Origin: Phyllobates terribilis
Taxonomy: Eukaryota
Assembly: GCF_046119375.1 (NCBI RefSeq)
Contig: NW_027362769.1
Location: 370,140,001 to 370,204,000 of the forward strand
Reading direction: 5' to 3'
DNA: 64,000 bases
The translations under genes were made by a program, and so were the position numbers. The notes beneath the pieces were generated by a model. That model ran no database searches and had not been told where the DNA came from. It saw only the letters and a list, made by a program, of their open reading frames with translations. This document shows, one piece after another, positions 1-11,410 of the stretch. Positions within the stretch are counted from its first letter, which is position 1. Every line of letters starts with the position of its first letter.

Positions 1-189
1 CGCAGATGGGGGACAGTCGTGTCCTATAAATGGCTCTCGAGGTCTGGGGGCAGGAGAGTCGCGCTCTAAATAACGCTCTCGTTTTTATGCCTTCACAAAC
101 TGAAAGGAAATGTCATCAGGAAGTGTCCCATTGTTTTTCTTGCTGAATATTTTTCTCTTTGAGGTTTTTTAAAGGTCATTGTGAGGGGA

Positions 190-1110
190 GAAGGTGAGCT
201 GTGATATCGCCTATTAATGGTGGATCCTGTGTTATCTACTGTATATAGAGGTTCTGTCATTGTACAGGAGGAGGTGAGCTGTGATATCACCTATTAATGG
301 TGGATCCTGTGTTATCTACTGTATATAGAGGTTCTGTCATTGTACAGGAGGAGGTGAGCTGTGATATCACCTATTAATGGTGGATCCTGTGTTATCTACT
401 GTATATAGAGGTTCTGTCATTGTACAGGAGGAGGTGAGCTGTGATATCACCTATTAATGGTGGATCCTGTGTTATCTACTGTATATAGAGGTTCTGTCAT
501 TGTACAGGAGGAGGTGAGCTGTGATATTGCCTACTAATGGTTGATTCTGGGTTATCAGTCATTGTACAGGAGGAGGAGGTGAGCTGTGATATCACCTATT
601 AATGGTGGATCCTGTGTTATCTACTGTATATAGAGGTTCTGTCATTGTACAGGAGGAGGTGAGCTGTGATATTGCCTATTAATGGTGGATTCTGGGTTAT
701 CAGTCATTGTACAGGAGGAGGAGGTGAGCTGTGATATCACCTATTAATGGTGGATCCTGTGTTATCTACTGTATATAGAGGTTCTGTCATTGTACAGGAG
801 GAGGTGAGCTGTGATATTACCTATTGTTAATGGATGGTAGATCGTGTGTTATATAGGGGTATCAGTCACTGTACAGGAGGAAGTGAGCTGTGATATCACC
901 TATTAATGGATGGTAGATCGTGTGTTATATAGGGGTATCAGTCACTGTACAGGAGGAGGTGAGCTGTGATATCACCTATTAATGGATGGTAGATCGTGTT
1001 ACATACTGTATATAGAGGTGTTATCAGTCATTGTACAGGAGGAGGAGGAGGAGGTGAGCTGTGACATCACCTATTGTGAATGGTGGATTCTGTGTTATCT
1101 ACTGTATATA
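190..1110. repeat. Minisatellite, ~80-bp unit (some shorter variants), ~12 copies
   Basis: GGTGAGCTGTGATATCACCTATTAATGGTGGATCCTGTG... recurs at 193, 273, 353 (period 80). Confidence 0.9.
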
Positions 1111-1799
1111 GAGGTGTTCTCTATCCGTTCCATCCTGTCTGTGATAATGAAATAGCTGACAGGTCTTCTGTACACAATAGAAAATGTGAGTATAATATTA
1201 TGCTTGGAGCTCGGTGTGAACAATCCAGGGTTTGTTTTTTGTGTGAAACATTCGCTAGATTTTAAAAATCTTAAAACCCTGATTTAAACTGTTATTTTCT
1301 GAGGTTTAGAAATCTGTATTAAAGTATAACTCCGGTATTTATTTTTTATATCACATCCGGAGAGTCTGTTCTCTGCCCCTCTAGTATTATACTGACTGGC
1401 TGCCATCTTCTGCTCTTCCCGGTGCCCCTCCGGTCCTGTGCCGCCATCTTATGGCTACTCTCAGTAGAAGTCTTTGAGATCCTCATTCTGCCTCTCATAG
1501 ACTTACATCAGGAAGTGACCTACGGCTCGCCCCCGGCAGACCCTGGAGCCATCCGGCAGGTCACAACCAGCAGAAGGCGACCGGAGCGTCAACGAGGACA
1601 GATGAAGATGGCGAAAAAAAACATCGGAGTGGTGCTTTAATAGCTGACTACTTGTCACCACGGTGGTCACTTCTCAGCTGGGACTGCAGGTTTACGTTTT
1701 CTATAGTTTATTATCGAGGAGGTGCGTCCTTGAATGTAGGTGGTCCGGAGGAAACACCCGTGCATGGATGTAGCCAGTCCTCCGCAGCAGAGGCCATGG

Positions 1800-2180
1800 T
1801 TGATTGCCTCCTCGTTGATTCTGGAAGGCTTCCTATGAACAGAAGACTTTCTGGCCAAAGGAAACATCTTATGTTGAGGACCCTGGTTGGTGGGAAAACT
1901 CTTGACAAAGGTTCTAGTTTGCATCGAGATCAAGAAGTAATTTAGGATTAATGTCCTAGCAGACGTGGAGGAAAAATCCTCCCAATATTGACCTGGAACA
2001 TTAAGGTGAAGGGCCCTTTTCAGATCAATGGTTCTTGGCTTAGAACGGCAATGAAAGTTGGGTTTCACCTAAACTTAAAGCTCAGCCGTGCCGTAGAAGA
2101 GCATGGGCTCGTGTCCTTAATCCCCCGCAAGGACAACCTACTTTTGGTGCACATATCAGTTTATGATGTCCTGGACCTGT
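1800..2180 (+). mobile_element. Possible highly degenerate DIRS-type tyrosine recombinase fragment
   Basis: Broken frames give HLMLRT..SSLHRDQEVI and LKAQ..WA..TFGAH..DVL, resembling DIRS YR motifs (VLRT..FH.NQEI; AHSTR..SWA..TF..HYR.DV). Many stops and frameshifts; recognised from memory only. Confidence 0.3.
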
Positions 2181-2545
2181 CCACACGAGTGATGGCCGCA
2201 TCAGACAGGTGGTCCGTCTTCAGTAGTGGTGGCTTGGGTTCATTGTTTAGTTTTCCGATCTTGTTAGGAATATTGTGAGAGCCCCTCTGCCTGGAGGAGA
2301 GGGTGGATGGCAAGTTACAGATCATGAGCATTTTGGACTTGCCCCAAGCAGAATTACTTTTCGAACTACATTGGCTGTAATTGATCTATCTAGACTTCGG
2401 TGACGTCCCCAAACAGCTTGTGGACTTCAGACAATGGTTACCGGCCACAGCGCCATGTTTTGCTTATTTTTTTTGGGGGGGGGGGGTTGTTTGCCATTGG
2501 GTGTGTGGGATTTATTTTCCTGATGTTTTCAGACACTTTTTTTAA

Positions 2546-3030
2546 AGGAGCACTCCTCCTCCCATCAAAGTTTTTATCCTCTTAATATATTGCAATCATC
2601 ATATTATACAGCACTATACTTACAATTGCTTATTTTGCCTTTCTACCCAGTTAATTCTTTTCCATTAGGTCTATGACATCACGTGATTAAAAACTGACCA
2701 GCTGCATCCTTCTAACCTCTATGTAGAATCAGGAGGTCAATTTTCCCTGTATGAGTCATAAGTCACTGCAAAAGTCCCTGGGAGGGGGAACAGCTGGGTC
2801 AGGAAGTTGAAAGGAGATGACTCATGCAGGGAAAAGAGACTTGCTGTTTCTACATAGAGCTTAGAAGGATTCAGCTGGTCAGATTTTCACGTGATGTCTG
2901 AGACCTAATGGAAAAGAGAAGAATTATCTGGGTAGAAAGGCAAAATGAGCAATTGTAAGTACACAGTGCTGTATAATATGATGACTACAATATACTAAGA
3001 GCATAAAAATTTTGATGGGAGGAATGCTTC
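2546..3030. mobile_element. Palindromic TTAA-associated MITE
   Basis: Long inverted ends (CCTCCCATCAAA..ATATTATACAGCACT..CTTACAATTGCT vs AGCAATTGTAAG..AGTGCTGTATAATAT..TTTGATGGGAGG); TTAA at the left end. Confidence 0.65.
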
Positions 3031-3738
3031 GGAGGAAATGTACTCCAGTCCCGTTCTTCATGGATTATTGTAATTTTATATTGCATCTAAAAATATATAT
3101 TTTTTTTTTTCATTTGACTATTGTGTACCATGCAGAGTTGAAACTAGTTTGAGCACTGACTTCAATGGGCTAAAAAGGTTCATGTTCATATCAGTAAGAC
3201 ATGCTGCATATTGAGGAAAAAATAGTTATGGGTATAAAAAAAGTGAGTAATACTGATAAAAAAAAATCCAGTAAGTGTGAATAAGCCCCTAGGCCAAATT
3301 TAAGCTTTTGGCTTATTTGGAACATTTTTTTTTTCCCTCTTGTTGACAGTTATGTAAAATTCTGGCAATTTTAACACATTTTTTTTGAAAGTCATGGAAA
3401 AAAAATGCACCAGGCACGCATGGTGTGAACACAACCTTATTGCAATGTAAATGATCTGCATGCAAGTTTGCATTGGAAATCTGCAAATACGCATCATGTG
3501 AAAACACCCTAATTGTGCAACTTTTTTATTTTTAATTCATAAGGTTTTTGTTGCAATTTTTGTAACACATGCTGCAGACATATTTGCTGGGAGCCGATAG
3601 AAGTAGCAGAGCAGACAGTTCTGTGTTTTTTGGTGTGGAAGCCCGTGGGGAAAAAAACAGCAGTTTCTGCACAAAGGAACAAGCCCTAAAAGATCAACCA
3701 GGACGACACCCTTTTCTAAAGCAAAAATGTAGTATTAA

Positions 3739-4429
3739 AGGGGTGGTCCAAAGTAAATTTGCTTTTCAATATCTATTTAGTGCCATAATCAAAACTATTT
3801 TCTAATATACTTGAATTAAAAATTCCTTATTTTCACAAACTGCTTTCTATCCATATATATTTTATTTTTTTAATTTTTGATGTTTTGTTTGAGAATCCCA
3901 ATGCATTCTGGGATACTCAAATGAAGCGTCATCAGGGGGCAGATGTAGTGGTCACTTGACGCAGCCTCTTTCCCATCTCTGAAATGAAGCGTCATCTGTG
4001 ATGCTCGTTTCAGGGGCTGGGCTAGTCCCTGCTCTGTATCCTTGCGTGGTGTGCACAATGACAGCGCGCGCTCTCTTGCCGGCTAAGATCAGCAGTAACC
4101 AGCTGGCAACACACAGCATTGTGAGAATACCTGGCGTGCAGAGTCCAGCGCCGTCTCTGCAAGTGATGTCACTGGTCTCTGCACGCCGGGTATTCTGACA
4201 ACGCTGTGTTGTTGGGTTTGAGAGAGCGCACGCTGTCATTGTGCACATCGACTGGCCCAGCCCCTGAAATGCACTGGGTTTTTCAAATGAAACGTCATCA
4301 AAACAGAAGTGAAAAAAAAATAAATGAAAAGTAGTTAATTTTTAATTCAAGTATATTAGAAAATAAGTTGAATTATGGCATTAAATAAAGATTTAGGAGA
4401 AAAATTACTTTGAACTTGAGACTGCCTCT
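3739..4429. mobile_element. TTAA-flanked MITE (T2/Kolobok-like)
   Basis: TTAA|AGGGG...CCT|TTAA ends with inverted subterminal sequence (AAAGTAAATTT..TTTAGTGCCATAAT vs ATTATGGCATTAAA..AAATTACTTT). Confidence 0.6.
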
Positions 4430-5471
4430 TTAAGGCTTGTTCTTACATAGAAAAAATTTTTTGCAGAAATTGCATTATACACACATTTTATGCAGAAAAA
4501 AAACCCAAAACTTATGAAAAATATTTTGTGCTTGTTTGGGTGCACAAAACCTCGTCAACAAATTATGGCCATGCCTGGCTCTGTGTACTTGTCTGTATAA
4601 TAATAGATAATAAAAAGAACGGACGGGTGCGAGAGCTGCCTCCTATTAACGTGCACTAGTCTGGTCTGTGAAACAGAAAAGATTAGCGTGTGCGGTGCTG
4701 TTTTGTTTTTTCCCCCTCCACAAGTTCACATGAGAAATTACTGGAATGTACAGGCACACTGGTTATTGGATTGATCCGTTGTCTGTCAATCACATGGGCC
4801 GAGGATCTGCTCGTCTGAATGAGCCCCTAAAGGTTCAATGAATGACTTGATTAATAAAAGTCTTTGAATAGAGAAAAATGTCTGCATCATTTAATGGGCT
4901 ACTTGCTGTAATTTTGATAAAATCCGCTTTCTCTGCTGCAGATGTAGCAGTTCTCTGAATGCTGATCCCTGTATAACTCCGCTCACACCATTGATTGACA
5001 ACTTTTTGTGTACACTGCATAGGCAGAAAGCTGCCAATTGGTAGTGGGGGCAGGGTTATACAGAGCTCATGAATATGGAGGACTATATGGCAGCAGGATT
5101 ACTTGTCCTCTAGTGATAATCTGCTGATAAAAGTGTTATGCTTTTTTTCCAAAACCACAGCAAACAGCCCTTTAAGTGACACATTGCTGAAATCAGGGTC
5201 TCTGCCCTCAGCTCATATTAGGTGGCAAAACCAGGTGACAGATTCCCTTTAAAAAAAAAAACTGCTTCAAATCTTCACCCAAAATGCATCAAATAAAGGG
5301 GAAAACGCATTAAAAAAATGGAATAATCAGAGAAGATTGTTGTATACATATGTTGGTGCAGACAACTGCAAATAAAAAGCCGCAGGGAAAAAATGCAACA
5401 TTTACTCTGTGTGAACAGTCACATGTGTTTTTTTTAAGATAAAAACAAAGAGTCATAATTTTGTTTTTTGG

Positions 5472-5473
<2 letters not shown>

Positions 5474-5500
<27 letters not shown>
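5474..5500. repeat. (GT)n microsatellite
   Basis: Direct reading. Confidence 0.95.
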
Positions 5501-5504
<4 letters not shown>

Positions 5505-5777
5505 GGGGGGGATTATGGTGTTTTAATTTTTTTCCCCAGAAAAACCCTTCCGGGAAAACAATACATGTGCTGTGAATCCGGCCAAAAATACTGGACCCAA
5601 TGGCGAAAAGCAAACAGACTCCATTCTAGACCGAGGTCTGTGTGGCCCTTGTCGTGCAGCCGGACAGTTCTTCCTATTTCTGATTCTAAAGGTGGAAGTG
5701 ACACAGGTGTGAACAGCACTTAAAAAAAAGCTCACAAGAACCATGAAAATCAGGATTTTTTTTTACATGGCAAAAGG

Positions 5778-5779
<2 letters not shown>

Positions 5780-5849
<70 letters not shown>
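5780..5849. repeat. (TA)n microsatellite abutting a Tc1 TIR
   Basis: Direct reading. Confidence 0.95.
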
Positions 5850-5852
<3 letters not shown>

Positions 5853-7473
5853 TACAGACCAAAAGTTTGGACACACCTCATTTAAAAATTTTTCTGTATT
5901 TTCATGACTATGAAAATTGTACATTCACACTGAAGACATCAAAACTATGAATTAACACATGTGGAATTATATACTTAACAGAAAAGTGTGAAACAACTGA
6001 AAATATGTTTTAGATTCTAGGTTCTTCAAAGTAGCCACCTTTTGCTTTGATGACTGCTTTGCACACTCTTGGCATTCTCTTGATGAGCTTCAAGAGGTAG
6101 TCACCGGAAATGGTTTTCACTTCACAGGTGTGCCCTGTCAGGTTTAATAAGTGGGATTTCTTGCCTTATAAATGGGGTTGGGACCATCAGTTGTGTTGTG
6201 CACAAGTCTGGTGGATACACTGCAGATAGTCCTACTGAATAGACTGTTAGAATTTGTATTATGGCAAGAAAAAAGCAGCTAAGTAAAGAAAAACGAGTGG
6301 CCATCATTACTTTAAGAAATGAAGGTCAGTCAGTCTGAAAAATTGGGAAAACTTTGAAAGTGTCCCCAACTGCAGTTGCAAAAACCATCAAGCGCTTCAA
6401 AGAAACTGGCTCACATGAGGACCGCCCCAGGAAAGGAAGACCAAGAGTCACCTCTGCTTCTGAGGATTAATTTATCCGAGTCACCAGCCTCAGAAATCGC
6501 AGGTTAACAGCAGCTCAGATTAGAGACCAGGTCAATGCCACACAGAGTTCTAGCAACAGACACATCTCTTCAACAACTGTTAAGAGGAGACTTTGTGCAG
6601 CAGGCCTTCATGGTAAAATAGCTGCTAGGAAACCACTGCTAAGGACAGGCAACAAGCAGAAGAGACTTGTTTGGGCTAAAGAACACAAGGAATGGACATT
6701 AGACCAGTGGAAATCTGTGCTTTGGTCTGATGAGTCCAAATTTGAGATCTTTGGTTCCAACCACCGTGTCTTTGTGCGACGCAGAAAAGGTGAACGGATG
6801 GACTCTACATGCCTGGTTCCCACCATGAAGCATGGAGGAGGAGGTGTGATGGTGTGGGGGTGCTTTGCTGGTGACACTGTTGGGGATTTATTCAAAATTG
6901 AAGGCATACTGAACCAGCATGGCTACCACAGCATCTTGCAGCGGCATGCTATTCCATCCGGTTTGCGTTTAGTTGGACCATCATTTATTTTTCAACAGGA
7001 CAATGACCCCAAACACACCTCCAGGCTGTGTAAGGGCTATTTGACCAAGAAGGAGAGTGATGGGGTGCTACGCCAGATGAACTGGCCTCCACAGTCACCA
7101 GACCTGAACCCAATCGAGATGGTTTGGGGTGAGCTGGACCACAGAGTGAAGGCAAAAGGGCCAACAAGTGCTAAGCATCTCTGGGAACTCCTTCAAGATT
7201 GTTAGAAGACCATTTCCGGTGACTACCACTTGAAGCTCATCAAGGAAATGCCAAGAGTGTACAAAGCAGTCATCAAAGCAAAAGGTGGCTACTTTGAAGA
7301 ACCTAGAATATAAGACATATTTTCAGTTGTTTTACACTTTTTTGTTAAGTATATAATTCCGCATGTGTTAATTCATAGTTTTGATGCCTTCAGTGTGAAT
7401 GTACAATTTTCATAGTCAAGAAAATACAGAAAAATCTTTAAATGAGGTGTGTCCAAACTTTTGGTCTGTACTG
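5850..7473 (+). mobile_element. Tc1/mariner DD38E (Intruder-type) transposon, full length, transposase inactivated
   Basis: TIRs CAGTACAGACCAAAAGTTTGGACACAC. The frame 6261-7313 (MARKKQLSKEKRVAII...GGYFEEPRI) is continuous but has stops at 6336, 6468 and 7203. WSDESK / QDND-38-E triad. Confidence 0.93.
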
Positions 7474-7477
7474 TGTA

Positions 7478-7527
<50 letters not shown>

Positions 7528-7530
<3 letters not shown>

Positions 7531-9163
7531 TGCTCAAAAAAATAAAGGGAACACATAAACAACAGAATATAACTCCAAGTAAATCAAACTGCCCACTTAG
7601 GAAGCAACACAGATTGACAATCAATTTCACATGCTGCTGTGCAAATGGAATAGACAATAGATGGAAATTATTGGCAATTATCAAGACACCCTCAATAAAG
7701 GAGTGGTTCTGCAGGTGGGGACCACAGACCACATCTCAGTACCAATGCTTTCTGGCTGATGTTTTGGTCACTTTTAAATGTTGGTTGTGCTTTCACACTT
7801 GTGGTAGCATGAGACAGACTCTACAACCCACAGAAGTTGCTCAGGTAGTGCAGCTCATCCTGGATGGCACATCAATGCGAGCTGTGGCAAGAAGGTTTGC
7901 TGTGTCTGTCAGCGTAGTGTCCAGAGGCTGGAGGCGCTACCAGGAGACAGGTCAGTACACCAGGAGACGTGGAGGGGGCCGTAGGAGGGCAACAACCCAG
8001 CAGCAGGACCACTACCTCTGCCTTTGTGCAAGGAGGAACAGGAGCAGCACTGCCAGAGCCCTGCAAAATGACCTCCAGAGGGCCACAAATGTGCATGTGT
8101 CTGCACAAACTGTTAGAAACCGACTCCATGAGGGTGGTATGAGGGCCCGACGTCCACAGATGGGGCTTGTGCTCACAGCCCAACACCGTGCAGGACGCTT
8201 GGCATTTGCCACAGAACACCAGGATTGACAAAGTCGCCACTGGCGCCGTGTGATCTTCACAGATGAAAGCAGGTTCACACTGGGCACATGTGACAGACGT
8301 CACAGAGTCTGGAGACGCCGTGGAGAGCGATCTGCTGCCTGCAACATCCTTCAGCATGACCAGTTTGGCAGTGGGTCAGTAATGGTGTGGGGTGGCATTT
8401 CTTTGGAGGGCCGCACAGCCCTCCATGTGCTCGCCAGAGGTAGCCTGACTGCCATTAGGTACCGAGATGAGATCCTCAGACCCCTTGTAAGACCATATGC
8501 TGCTGCGGTTGGCCCTGGGTTCCTCCTAATGCAGGACAATGCCAGACCTCATGTGGCTGGAGTGTGTCAGCAGTTCCTGCAAGATAAAGGCATTGAAGCT
8601 ATGGACTGGCCCGCCCGTTCCCCAGACCTGAATCCGATTGAGCACATCTAGGACATCATGTCTCGCTCCATCCACTAATGTCACGTTGCACCACAGACTG
8701 TCCAGGAGTTGGTGGATGCTTTAGTCCAGGTCTGGGAGGAGATCCCACAGGAGACCATCCGCAACCTCATCAGGAGCATTCCCAGGCGTTATAGGGAGGT
8801 CATACAGGCACGTGGAGGCCACACACAATACTCAGCCTCATCAGGAGCATGCCCAGGCGTTGTAGGTAGGTCATACAGGCACGTGGAGGCCACACACAAT
8901 ACTGAGACTCATTTTGACTTGTTTTAAGGACATTACATCAAAGTTGGATCAGCCTGTAGTGTGTTTTTCCACTTTAATTTTGGGGGTGACTCCAAATCCA
9001 GGCCTCCATTGGTTAATAAATGTGATTTCCATTGATGATTTTTGTGTGATTTTGTTGTCAGCACATTCACCTTTGTACAGAACAAAGTATTCAATGAGAA
9101 TATTTCATTCATTCAGATCTAGGATGTGTTATTTGAGTGTTCCCTTTATTTTTTTGAGCAGTG
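7528..9163 (+). mobile_element. Tc1 DD34E transposon, full length, transposase inactivated
   Basis: TIRs CACTGCTCAAAAAAATAAAGGGAACAC at both ends, TA at 9164. ATG 7809; FTDESRF; QDNARPH-34-E (DLNPIE). In-frame stops at 8226, 8649 and ~8677; 71-bp internal tandem duplication 8765-8903. Confidence 0.92.
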
Positions 9164-9194
9164 TATATATAATGAGTAAGAATAGAAGGAAGCG

Positions 9195-11145
9195 GCCATG
9201 TGTGGCCCTGTCACTGGGGGGCACTATTGGTTGTCACCGGCTGCCATGTGTGGTCTGGGCACTGGGGGGCAGTATTGGTTGTCACCAGCAGCCATGTTTG
9301 GCCCTGGCACTGGGGGGCGGTATTGGTTGTCACCAGCTGCTGTGTGTGGTCCTGGCACTGTGGGGCAGTATTGGTTATCACCAGCTGCTATGTGTGGCCC
9401 TGGCACTGAGGGGGCAGTATTGGGTGTAACCAGCTTCCATGTATGGCCCTGGCACCAGGACAATAGTACTTGTCACCAGCAGCCATGTGTGGCCCTGGCA
9501 CTGGGGGGGCAGTATTTGTTGTCAGCAGCAGCCATGTGTGGTCCTGACACTGGAAGCAGCTAGTGACAACCAATACTGCCATGTGTGGTCCTGGCACTGG
9601 AGGGCAGTATTGGTTGTCAGCAGCAGCCATTTGTGGCCCTGGCACTGGGGGGCAGTATTGGTTGTCCGCAGCAGCCATGTGTGGCCCTGGCACTGGGAGG
9701 TGGTATTGGTTGTCACTAGCTGCTATATGTGGTCCTGGCACTGGGGGGCAGTATTGGTTGTCACCAGCTGCCATGTGTGGCCCTGGCACTGGGGGGCAGT
9801 ATTGGTTACCACCAGCTGCCATGTGTGGCCCTGGCACTGGGGGGCAGTATTGGTTGTCACCAGCTGCCATGTGTGGCCCTGGCACTGGGGGGCAGTATTG
9901 GTTGTCACCAGCTGCCATGTGTGGCCCTGGCACTGGGGGGCAGTATTGGTTGTCACTAGCTGCCGTGTGTGGTCCTGGCACTGAGGGCAGTATTGGTTGT
10001 CACTAGCTGCTGTGTGTGGTCCTGGCACTGGGGGGGCAGTATTGGTTGTCACTAGCTGCCGTGTGTGGTCCTGGCACTGGGGGGCAGTATTGGTTGTCAC
10101 TAGCTGCTGTGTGCGGTCCTGGCACTGGGGGCAGTATTGGTTGTCACTAGCTGCTGTGTGTGATCCTGGCACTGGGGGCAGTATTGGTTGTCACTAGCTG
10201 CCGTGTGTGGTCCTGGCACTGGGGGGGCAGTATTGGTTGTCACTAGCTGCTGTGTGTGATCCTGGCATTGGGGGCAGTATTGGTTGTCACTAGCTGCCGT
10301 GTGTGGTCCTGGCACTGGGGGGCAGTATTGGTTGTCACTAGCTGCCGTGTGTGGTCCTGGCACTGGGGGGCAGTATTGGTTGTCACTAGCTGTCGTGTGT
10401 GGTCCTGGCACTGGGGGGCAGTATTGGTTGTCACTAGCTGCTGTGTGTGGTCCTGGCACTGGGGGGCAGTATTGGTTGTCAGCAGCAGCCATGTGTGGCC
10501 CTGGCACTGGCGGGCAGTATTGGTTGTCACCAGCAGCCATGTTTGGCCCTGGCACTAGGACAATTGTGGTTGTCACCAGCTGCCATGTGTGGTCCTGGCA
10601 CTGGGGGGCAGTATTGGTTGTCACCAGCTGCCATGTTTGGCCCTGGCACTAGGACAATTGTGGTTGTCACCAGCTGCCATGTGTGGTCCTGGCACTGGGG
10701 GGCAGTATTGGTTGTCACCAGCTGCCATGTTTGGCCCTGGCACTAGGACAATTGTGGTTGTCACCAGCTGCCATGTGTGGCCCTGGCACTGGGGGCAGTA
10801 TTGGTTGTCACCAGCTGCCATGTTTGGCCCTGGGGGGCAGTATTGGTTGTCACTAGCTGCTGTGTGTGGTCCTGGCACTGGGGGGCAGTATTGGTTGTCA
10901 CCAGCTGCCATGTGTGGTCCGGGCACTGGGGGGCAGTATTGGTTGTCAGCAGCAGCCATGTGTGGCCCTGGCACTGGGGGGCAGTATTGGTTGTCACTAG
11001 CTGCTGTGTGTGGTCCTGGCACTGGGGGGCAGTATTGGTTGTCAGCAGCAGCCATGTGTGGCCCTGGCACTGGGGGCAGTATTGGTTGTCACCAGCTGCC
11101 ATGTGTGGTCCTGGCACTGGGGGGCGATATTGGTTGTCCCCAGCT
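9195..11145. repeat. Minisatellite, 48-bp unit, ~40 copies, directly upstream of TRAP1
   Basis: Unit GGCACTGGGGGGCAGTATTGGTTGTCACCAGCTGCCATGTGTGGCCCT; translates as the 16-aa repeat MCGPGTGGQYWLSPAA in the ORF track. Confidence 0.97.
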
Positions 11146-11149
11146 CTCC

Positions 11150-11410
11150 TCCACCACCAGCAGCCGCCATAGAGCTGGGAACAGTCAGACACGCCCAGCA
11201 GTGACGTCACCGCAGTCGGCTTTCTCGGTCGCGGACTAGTGACGTCACTGACGTGCGCGCGTCCCTGAAGAAACATGGCAGCTGCAGCACTGTTCCGAGG
11301 ACACCTAAGCCGGGCGCTGCGATCGTGGAGCCGAACCGGAGCTTTCACATCAGGGCGGAGCCTGAGCGGTGAGTCTGACGTCACCACCAACCAGCCTGAT
11401 GTCATACGTA
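11150..11410 (+). promoter_or_regulatory. TRAP1 CpG-rich promoter/exon 1 region with three full CRE sites
   Basis: TGACGTCA at 11202, 11240 and 11376; TGACGTG at 11249; TGATGTCA at 11397; high CpG density around ATG 11275. Confidence 0.7.
11275..11368 (+). CDS. TRAP1: TRAP1 exon 1 (mitochondrial targeting peptide [18 protein letters not shown]...)
   Basis: AACATGG start, GTGAGT donor, phase 1 matches exon 2. Confidence 0.85.

Noticed and set aside
9198-11405. Many long overlapping ORFs (up to 216 aa) on both strands
   Set aside because: They are translations of the stop-poor 48-bp minisatellite; there are no splice signals or recognisable domain.
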